Source of the DNA: Deferribacterales bacterium
GTDB taxonomy: Bacteria; Chrysiogenota; Deferribacteres; Deferribacterales; Geovibrionaceae
DNA: 64,000 nt
Assembly: GCA_050253075.1 (NCBI GenBank)
Contig: JBFWJS010000001.1
Coordinates: forward strand, 64,001-128,000
Direction of reading: 5' to 3'
Below the pieces are notes generated by a model. The model did no database searches. It was not told the origin of the DNA and saw nothing but the letters and a program-made list of their open reading frames with translations. The stretch's first letter is position 1, and each line of letters starts with the position of its first letter. Of this stretch, positions 57,008 to 64,000 are shown piece after piece. The position numbers and the translations under genes are program-made.

Positions 57008-57168
57008 CCGCAGGCAAGAAAAACCACTCCTTAACATATGCTGACATTTTTAACATTTATCAAACACGCTCGTAAATTGGACTTTTTTCGTATTTTCAAA
57101 TGACTAAATATATGCGAAAATGTGTAGTTAAATAGTATATAAACTTACGGAATATAAGGAGTGATTCT

Positions 57169-58161
57169 ATGAAAGCAGTTCTGATGAAGGAGTTCGGCAG
57201 TGCCGACGTGCTTTATATCGGCGAAGCTGAAAAGCCGACACCTGCCGCTGACCAAGTGCTCATAAAGGTCGCAGCGACATCTATAAACAGACCCGACCTT
57301 GTACAGAGAGAAGGTAACTATCCACCGCCAAAGGGTGATTCCGAGATACTCGGGCTCGAGGTTGCGGGCGTCATCGAGGAAGTAGGTGCAGACGTAAAAG
57401 ACTGGAAAGCGGGCGATAAGGTCATGACACTCGTAGGCGGAGGCGGATACGCCGAATACGCAGTGGCATATGCATGTCACCTGATGAAGATGCCTGAGTC
57501 TATGAGCTACGAAGAGGCTGCCTGTGTTTGTGAATCATACATCACAGCTTTCTCCAACGTGTTCATGTTAGGCGATTTTCAGGACGGACAGACAGCTATC
57601 TTCCACGGAGGCGGGGGCGGTGTGAACACTGCTGCCATACAGCTTTCTAACGCTCTGACACCAAACAGCAAATACATCGTGACAGCAGCACCTGATAAAA
57701 TCGAGACCGTTAAAGAGCTCGGTGCCGCTCTCGTGATAGACTATACGACTACACCGGACTTCTCCGAAGCGGTGAAGGAATACACTAACAAAGCTGGCGT
57801 AGACCTCATCCTCGACCATGTCGGCGCAAAATACCTTAAGCCGAACATGAACTCACTCGGATACATGGGCAAGCTCGTCATCATAGGCGTTATCAGCGGT
57901 ATCAAAGCCGAGCTGAACCTCGCACTTATGATGGTGAAACGCCAGCAGATCATCGGCTCTGTCCTCAGAAGCAGACCTGTAGCCATGAAGGGCGAGATAG
58001 TCGCTGAGTTTACAAAGCGCGCCCTGCCTAAGTTTGCCGACAGAACGATAGTTCCGAAGATACATAAGGTCTTCTCTATCGAAGAGGCAGCCGAAGCACA
58101 TAAGATGATGGAGGCCGATAGTCATTTCGGCAAGATCGTTCTCAAGATACAGGAAATCTAA
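57169..58161 (+). CDS. NAD(P)H:quinone oxidoreductase, PIG3/zeta-crystallin family
   Basis: INRPD.VQREG.YPPP.G, LGLEVAG, GGGYAEY, GSVLRSR, GKIVL. Confidence 0.93.
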   Translation: MKAVLMKEFGSADVLYIGEAEKPTPAADQVLIKVAATSINRPDLVQREGNYPPPKGDSEILGLEVAGVIEEVGADVKDWKAGDKVMTLVGGGGYAEYAVAYACHLMKMPESMSYEEAACVCESYITAFSNVFMLGDFQDGQTAIFHGGGGGVNTAAIQLSNALTPNSKYIVTAAPDKIETVKELGAALVIDYTTTPDFSEAVKEYTNKAGVDLILDHVGAKYLKPNMNSLGYMGKLVIIGVISGIKAELNLALMMVKRQQIIGSVLRSRPVAMKGEIVAEFTKRALPKFADRTIVPKIHKVFSIEEAAEAHKMMEADSHFGKIVLKIQEI

Positions 58162-58168
58162 TCATAAA

Positions 58169-58204
58169 GCCCCCGTTGCCCACATGCAGCGGGGGTATTT
58201 TTTT
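58169..58204 (+). terminator. Intrinsic terminator
   Basis: GCCCCCGTTGC-CCACAT-GCAGCGGGGGT followed by T run. Confidence 0.8.
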
Positions 58205-58215
58205 GAGAGGGACAG

Positions 58216-59775
58216 ATGGACAAACTGGTAACACTGCTCAGGGTTTCTATATTCAGACGCCTCATATCTATTCTGGTCTATACTATCCTGCTTTCCGTGT
58301 TTTTCACGGGCGGGGTTCTGCATCTGTTCATTGCAAACAATCTGGACAAGACCGTATACGAATCCAACCAATACATTGAAAAAGCAGATACACTCGCCGA
58401 CGACGTGAACGGCATAATGGACACTCTGCAGGAGGGCAACCCGCAGGTGTGCGACGACGCTCTGCTGAAAAAGATGCGTGCCGTACAGTTCCGCTCGGAA
58501 TACGCAAAGGACATCGGCTTCAGTAAAGACAACAAGCTGATATGCACCACAGGGCTGGGCATGCTTGAGAAGCCTTTCGACGAGGAGCCTCCTCAGTTCA
58601 CCACAAAGCGGGGCTATTCCATGTGGCTGAATGTACCGGTGAAGCTATTTGACTTTCAGCGTATGGGCACAGTGCTGAAACACGGCAATTTCAACGTGCT
58701 GATAAATACGGACGGATTCTTCAAAGGTGTTAATCCTGACTTTAATACCGCCGTATATCTTAAGCTGTCTGAGGACAACATGCTCTTCCAGGGCGGAGAT
58801 AAATCCGTCGCACCGATACAGAACACCGACTATAAAGACTTCGGACTTTCAGGTTTTTACTCTTTTCAATGCAGCGAAAAATCCATCGTGTGCGCCATGA
58901 CATATCTGCCGATGTATAAGGCAGTGCAGAACAACAGCTCACAGATTCTCGGCATATTCATGCTTTCGTTCATAAGTTCTACATTCATAACTCTCTATCT
59001 GAACGGATACATGAACAGGCTGATAATGTTCAAACACAGGTTCCTCCGCAATATGACAAATGAAAACATCATATGCTACTACCAGCCGGTGATAGAGGTC
59101 TCCACGGGCAAGCTCGCAGGCTGTGAGGTCCTCGTAAGATGGAGCGACGAAAACAACAATATCGTAACCCCTGATAAATTCCTCGACATAGTAAAGCAGG
59201 AGAAAAAGACTCAGGAGCTGACAAACATCATCACCGCCAATGCCTTCAGAGACCTTGAAAAGGTGCTGAACGATATTGATAAGTTCAAGATAGCATTCAA
59301 CATATTCCCCGTGGATTTCAAACAGGGCGACCTGCGGGACATGTTTGACAAATACAGGCAGAAATTCCCGAAGGCAGACATAAACCTCGAGCTGACAGAG
59401 GACGAACTGGTCGAAGCACCGAAGATATCCGACGATATAAACCGCCTGCGCAAAGCGGGATACACCGTATCCATAGACGATTTCGGAACCGGATATTCCA
59501 GCCTTTCATACCTGCAGGAGATAAAGGTGGACTTTATCAAAATAGACCGCAGCTTTGTGAAAGACCTCGAGCTCGGCACCGTGAAATCCCAGCTCATCCC
59601 GCTGATAGCCTCCATAGCGAAGACCATCGACTCAGACATCATCATAGAAGGGATAGAGACAGCCGGACAGGTAGAATACATAAAAGGGCTCGGCATAGAG
59701 TACGTACAGGGATATTTCTACAGCAGGCCTCTGCCTGCGGCGGAGTTCATCGCCTACGTTGCGAAAAACGCCTGA
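58216..59775 (+). CDS. Membrane EAL c-di-GMP phosphodiesterase with CSS-type periplasmic domain
   Basis: TM, periplasmic Cys (QVCDD) and ICTT (CSS variant), TM, YQP, EVLVRW, ELTE, IDDFGTGYSS, KIDRSF, EGIE, QGY. Confidence 0.9.
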   Translation: MDKLVTLLRVSIFRRLISILVYTILLSVFFTGGVLHLFIANNLDKTVYESNQYIEKADTLADDVNGIMDTLQEGNPQVCDDALLKKMRAVQFRSEYAKDIGFSKDNKLICTTGLGMLEKPFDEEPPQFTTKRGYSMWLNVPVKLFDFQRMGTVLKHGNFNVLINTDGFFKGVNPDFNTAVYLKLSEDNMLFQGGDKSVAPIQNTDYKDFGLSGFYSFQCSEKSIVCAMTYLPMYKAVQNNSSQILGIFMLSFISSTFITLYLNGYMNRLIMFKHRFLRNMTNENIICYYQPVIEVSTGKLAGCEVLVRWSDENNNIVTPDKFLDIVKQEKKTQELTNIITANAFRDLEKVLNDIDKFKIAFNIFPVDFKQGDLRDMFDKYRQKFPKADINLELTEDELVEAPKISDDINRLRKAGYTVSIDDFGTGYSSLSYLQEIKVDFIKIDRSFVKDLELGTVKSQLIPLIASIAKTIDSDIIIEGIETAGQVEYIKGLGIEYVQGYFYSRPLPAAEFIAYVAKNA

Positions 59776-59873
59776 TCTGTACTGCTACGGCGCATCTGCA
59801 CCGTATATAAAAAAAATATCTGTATATTTATTTTCCGACTGTAACCATTATCATGTATCATCGGAGGTGAGAA

Positions 59874-60653
59874 ATGAATATCAAGATATATCAGGCTGAT
59901 GCCTTTGCTGATGAACTGTTCAAAGGGAATCCTGCTGCCGTCTGTCCGCTGGACGAGGTGATCTCTGACGAGATGATGCAGCTCATCGCAGCCGAAAATA
60001 ACCTTTCAGAAACCGCATACATTTTTGACAAAGACGGAGTGAGAAACATCAGGTGGTTCACACCCTCGTGCGAAGTCGCTCTATGCGGTCATGCCACACT
60101 CGCCTCTGCACACATACTCTTTAATGAAGAAGGCTTTAAAGGAGACGTGATAGAATTCATGTCTAAAAGCGGCATACTGCGTGTCAGCAGAAAGGGCGAA
60201 GAGCTCGAGCTCGACTTCCCCGTAACGGAAATAATCCCGTGCGACGCAGACCCCCGCATAGAAAAATCTCTCGGCATCAAGCCTCTTGAGACATACACGG
60301 GGACAGACATACTCGCCGTTTTCGAAAATGAAAATGATATAAAGAATTTTAAGCCTGATTTCAGACTGCTCGCAGAGCTGGAATCCAGATGTGTCATCGT
60401 CACTGCCAAAGGGAGCGAATGCGACTTCGTAAGCAGAGTTTTCGGCCCGGCAGTCGGCATAGACGAAGACCCTGTCACAGGATCTGCACACTGCATACTG
60501 ACACCCTACTGGGCTGAAAAGCTGGGTAAGACAAAAATGAACGCTCGCCAGATATCCCCAAGGGGAGGAAAGCTCACATGTACGCTGGAAGGCGACAGGG
60601 TGAAAATAGCAGGTAAAAGCGTGACTTATCTGAAAGGGATGATCACTGTTTAG
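59874..60653 (+). CDS. PhzF-family isomerase
   Basis: DAF....GNPAAV, NLSETA, RWFTP..EV.LCGHATLA, EDPVTGSAH. Confidence 0.95.
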   Translation: MNIKIYQADAFADELFKGNPAAVCPLDEVISDEMMQLIAAENNLSETAYIFDKDGVRNIRWFTPSCEVALCGHATLASAHILFNEEGFKGDVIEFMSKSGILRVSRKGEELELDFPVTEIIPCDADPRIEKSLGIKPLETYTGTDILAVFENENDIKNFKPDFRLLAELESRCVIVTAKGSECDFVSRVFGPAVGIDEDPVTGSAHCILTPYWAEKLGKTKMNARQISPRGGKLTCTLEGDRVKIAGKSVTYLKGMITV

Positions 60654-62547
60654 AAGCAGGGATGAGCTTTGTCAGCTTGATCTCGAAGCAGGCACCCTCT
60701 TTGTTGTTATAAGCGGTCAGCTTGCCGTCCATGTGGTTTTCTATGATCAGCTTTGACATATAGAGCCCGATCCCCGTACCCTTCCCCTCTTTTTTCGTGG
60801 TGAAGTACGGGTCGAATATATTTCCGAGTATTGTCTCGGGTATGCCTCCGCCGTTGTCGCATACGGTCACGGTGATGTCACTGTCGGTGGCGGCTATATT
60901 AACGGCCAGCTTCTTATCTATGGATTTATATTCCAGTGCATCTTTTGCGTTCTGTATCAGGTTCATCATCACCTGCTTAAACTCCGACGGATACCCCGCA
61001 ACGAGCGTCATAGGATGCTCACATGGCGGGTGGCTCGTATCATTACAGCTCAGGAAGTTTTTATGTGCGCACTGACAGCTCACGGTGTATTCGATAAAGT
61101 GGCTCTTAAGCTGTGCATCCACAAGGGAGACAGTCTCTGTCACTGCACCTATCACCTGAAATTCAGTCTTATTCTTACTAGGTTCGAAAAATCCTCTGAA
61201 GTCGTCTATAGTCTTTGACAGATGCTGGACAAGTCCTATGCTGTCCGCCTTGAACTCTTCCAGACGCTCCGCCGTCACCTGTTCATCCATCACGCTTTCT
61301 ACAATATACTGTATATACAGACCGAGCGCATTGATCGGCTGACGCCACTGATGGGCTATTGCATTTATCATCTGCCCCATATCGGCGAATTTCTTCTGTT
61401 CGAAAAAGAGCTGTTCATGCTGAAGCCTTTTTGCGGTCTCGTCACGCACCTTCTGCTCCAGCTCCATAGTCAGCTTTTTCAGGTCTCTGGTTCTCTCCAG
61501 CAGTTCCAGCTTTGCCATCTCCAGCTCTGTTATGTCGTTTGCCGTGATGATGACACCGTTGATCTTTCCGTCTATGTAATGGGGCACGAATGACATATCA
61601 AAAAACCGTCTGTATCCGCCCATAAAGTCATACCAAATCTGATGCTTAACAGCTTTACCGCCGAGGCAAGTTTCAAAGCAGTCCTTCAGGTATTCATTAT
61701 ACCTGTGCACACCGTGAAACTCTCTGATGTGCATACCGATCACCTGCTCCTTCGGAACGCCGAAAATGCTCTGATATGCATCATTCACGGCGACATACCT
61801 GCCCTTTACATCTACGTAGGAGACAAGCTCATTCACGGAGTCCATGATGTAGCCGAATGTCTCACGCTCCTTACCGGCACTTCTGATATCTTCGAAATTC
61901 TTTTTGCTGAGAGCATAGAAGATAAACCCGCCGCTGCCGAGAACCACAAGGCATATGACGACGGCAGAAAATATAGCTGCGTATTTCGGTTTTGATATCT
62001 CGGCGTAAGGCACACTGGCTAGGAGCACTATACGATGATCACCCATATCGAGATAATCATACGCAGTGACCAGCTTTACGCCGTATTCGTTTATGTCTTC
62101 TTTGACACCGCTTGCACCTCTGAAAGCGTGGGTAACCACCTGATGCTCTGACTGGTCAGCCAGAGGTTCCTTCAGCGGGAACGGCTGTCCGTTCAGGTTT
62201 TTATAAAGAGAATAGTATGCGCCCTTTTCCTTTGAAATGATTATGAATTCGTTGCTGAGTCCGCTCTTCTGATAAACCCGAAAGCTGTCTTTCAGAGTTT
62301 CGATAGAGGATTCGAATGCTTCTTCCTGTGATATCTGCAGTGTTTTTAGCTGCTGGATGTATGTGCTGAGGAGTGAATTTTTACGATTATAGACTATATC
62401 CTCCAGCCTATGCTTGTGCATAGTAAGGATACTGCCGTACCAATACTGCATAACGCCATACACGGCACCGATAGCAATGATCGCCGTTATGAGATAGGTG
62501 ATGCCCATCCTGACAGAATAGACCCTCATATTTCTCCCCGTAGCCAA
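60643..62547 (-). CDS. Membrane PAS sensor histidine kinase
   Basis: Two TM segments, PAS, H-box [37 protein letters not shown]. Confidence 0.93.
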   Translation of the reverse strand: MATGRNMRVYSVRMGITYLITAIIAIGAVYGVMQYWYGSILTMHKHRLEDIVYNRKNSLLSTYIQQLKTLQISQEEAFESSIETLKDSFRVYQKSGLSNEFIIISKEKGAYYSLYKNLNGQPFPLKEPLADQSEHQVVTHAFRGASGVKEDINEYGVKLVTAYDYLDMGDHRIVLLASVPYAEISKPKYAAIFSAVVICLVVLGSGGFIFYALSKKNFEDIRSAGKERETFGYIMDSVNELVSYVDVKGRYVAVNDAYQSIFGVPKEQVIGMHIREFHGVHRYNEYLKDCFETCLGGKAVKHQIWYDFMGGYRRFFDMSFVPHYIDGKINGVIITANDITELEMAKLELLERTRDLKKLTMELEQKVRDETAKRLQHEQLFFEQKKFADMGQMINAIAHQWRQPINALGLYIQYIVESVMDEQVTAERLEEFKADSIGLVQHLSKTIDDFRGFFEPSKNKTEFQVIGAVTETVSLVDAQLKSHFIEYTVSCQCAHKNFLSCNDTSHPPCEHPMTLVAGYPSEFKQVMMNLIQNAKDALEYKSIDKKLAVNIAATDSDITVTVCDNGGGIPETILGNIFDPYFTTKKEGKGTGIGLYMSKLIIENHMDGKLTAYNNKEGACFEIKLTKLIPASKQ

Positions 62548-62694
62548 TAATTATTACTTCATCATCTTTTGTTATAGAACCATACTATCATAAATCTCAA
62601 AATACTCAATCTCAGCATTTGCTCATAACCACAATTCCATTGCTCTAATTCAAAAACTTTGAGATAATTATTTACTGCACATCAGGAGACTTTT

Positions 62695-63405
62695 ATGAAG
62701 AAGTTGCTTGTACTTGTAATTTTAATATCTGCCTCTGCGGCATTTGCCGATGTCACTATTAAGGAAAACTCTGACGGAGCAGAGCTCGTCACATACTTTT
62801 CCAAGGGCATGTCCGCACACTACGTCGACGGACAGGTCACCAATATCACAGATATGAACTCCGGCACGATAACCGTGATGAACCCGATGAGTAAGACATA
62901 TTTCCAGGCGACTCTGGCACAGATGAAGAATCTGGCCGACAGCCTGAATGAAAAGATGAAATCCATACAGAGCAACCCTCAGTATCAGGCAATGCTGAAA
63001 CAGCAGGCAGACTCTGTAAAAGTAGCAAAGCAGGGGAGCGAACAGATCGCAGGATTCTTCTGCACCAAATACTCTATATCTATGGACATGCCGCCCACAA
63101 AGGCAGATATATGCCTTTCAAAAGATCTGGCTGACCTGGTGTCTAAAGAGATCAGCTCAAAACAGCTTGAGAAGATAATGGACTCTCTGGACAGCGGCGA
63201 CGGCGGAATGGACATGCTGGCAGGAAAGATATCCGAGCTGGAAGAGAAAAACGGCTATCTCATGAGCGAGAATATCGACATGATGGGTACGGGCATCTCG
63301 ACTGTTGTCACCGAGGTTTCAAAGAAATCTATCAATAAGTCGGTCTTTAGCATCCCGTCCGACTACACCCGCAAACCAATGCCACAGGCATTCGGTGAAT
63401 ACTGA
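62695..63405 (+). CDS. Secreted protein, DUF4412-like
   Basis: Signal peptide (AFA-D), NP.SKTY, G.E.IAG..CTKY, FSIPSDY; RBS AGGAG. Confidence 0.7.
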   Translation: MKKLLVLVILISASAAFADVTIKENSDGAELVTYFSKGMSAHYVDGQVTNITDMNSGTITVMNPMSKTYFQATLAQMKNLADSLNEKMKSIQSNPQYQAMLKQQADSVKVAKQGSEQIAGFFCTKYSISMDMPPTKADICLSKDLADLVSKEISSKQLEKIMDSLDSGDGGMDMLAGKISELEEKNGYLMSENIDMMGTGISTVVTEVSKKSINKSVFSIPSDYTRKPMPQAFGEY

Positions 63406-63499
63406 TAAATTCCCCCGGGTAAACCTGGGGTTCGATGCTTCGCTCATGCTAACGCACAGATATACAACTTCGTTGCCACGGCTAGAGCATATGCAAAAA

Positions 63500-63628
63500 C
63501 GTCACTGCGAAACCCAAAGGGCTGTGGCAGTCTTAGGACTCGTTAATTAATCCAGAGATGAAGGCGAAACAAGTTCGCCATTCTTCGTTTCACTTCGAAA
63601 GCTTCGTCATTGCACTCCTCGCAATGAC
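63500..63628 (+). repeat. REP-like palindrome (GTCAyTGCGA family) with internal insertion
   Basis: CGTCACTGCGA...GTGGCAGTCT left arm; AGAT[insert]GCTTCGTC...CTCCTCGCAATGAC right arm. Confidence 0.7.
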
Positions 63629-63683
63629 TTTCACGCCCTAAAGCTGTGACTTGCTCATTCATCCACGCATAAAAAAGGTAACC

Positions 63684-63861
63684 GTCACTCTGAGGAGCAC
63701 TAGCCGAAGGCTGAACGAATCCATAAATACATAATTGATGAGTAGAGCGACGTGAGAGTCTCATAGCCTCTGATGATCAAGGCTTTATAGTCACTGTGAC
63801 CAAAACAGCTTAATAAGCAGCAGTCTGAGATTCCTACGCCTGTAAACAGGCTCAGAATGAC
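63684..63861 (+). repeat. REP/MITE-like element, copy 2 (178 bp, with 45-bp net insertion)
   Basis: Matches 50873-51005 with few substitutions; 48 bp at 63698-63745 replace 3 bp; shared left flank AAAAGGTAACC. Confidence 0.9.
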
Positions 63862-64000
63862 AAGGAAACATCTCCTTAAAATAAAGAATCCCCAATCTTG
63901 TTATCAAAATTGAGGATTCATTTATTTAGATTGTGCGAAACAATACGTTTATTAAACGGCTTGGCATTGCTTCCCCTTTATTGTTTATACGATCTTTAAT

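Noticed and set aside
63543..63764. 73-aa minus-strand ORF near the window end
   Set aside because: Runs entirely through palindromic repeat sequence, with no RBS or protein motif
50873..63861. Repeats considered as a CRISPR array or as ends of a ~13-kb composite mobile element
   Set aside because: No regular repeat-spacer periodicity and no cas genes; the enclosed genes are housekeeping-like with no integrase or transposase

Overview
This is a 64-kb stretch of a gene-dense anaerobic Gram-negative bacterial chromosome. Gene content and style suggest a Deferribacterota-like or related anaerobe; this is inference only. From left to right it contains: (1) a fragmented anaerobic cobalamin cluster (cbiH'-cbiJ / cbiP-sirC-cbiA-cbiC / cbiL / cobU-cobT-cobS-cobD-cbiB) with a CbiR-like cobamide-remodelling gene; (2) a lone receiver protein, moaE, a PA2779/PA2778-type secreted protein + C39 peptidase pair, a diguanylate cyclase and MarR-pirin; (3) an NCS2 permease and a xanthine-dehydrogenase-family Mo hydroxylase operon with the selenium-cofactor markers yqeC/yqeB, mocA and xdhC; (4) an MFS pump and two PAS histidine kinases; (5) etfB, a ferredoxin-fused etfA and a membrane heme-b/FeS (CCG) oxidoreductase; (6) a Lap-type T1SS module (TolC-OmpA fusion, lapG, lapD, lapB, lapC, LuxR-type regulator) with no adhesin gene in the window; (7) lpdA, an unusual soluble protein with a duplicated Cache-like module fused to CheW, msbA, ybaK and an orphan wHTH protein; (8) housekeeping and transport genes, mop with tandem ModE-like boxes, a CSS-type EAL phosphodiesterase, PhzF, a third kinase and a secreted protein. 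Several REP/MITE-like palindromic repeats occur, including one ~133-bp element present twice. No rRNA, tRNA, CRISPR array or transposase was recognised. The best candidates for undescribed biology are the tandem-Cache-CheW protein, the PA2779/PA2778 pair, the ferredoxin-ETF + membrane oxidoreductase unit and a Cys/His insert shared by two kinases. All calls come from motif recognition by eye; no database searches were run.
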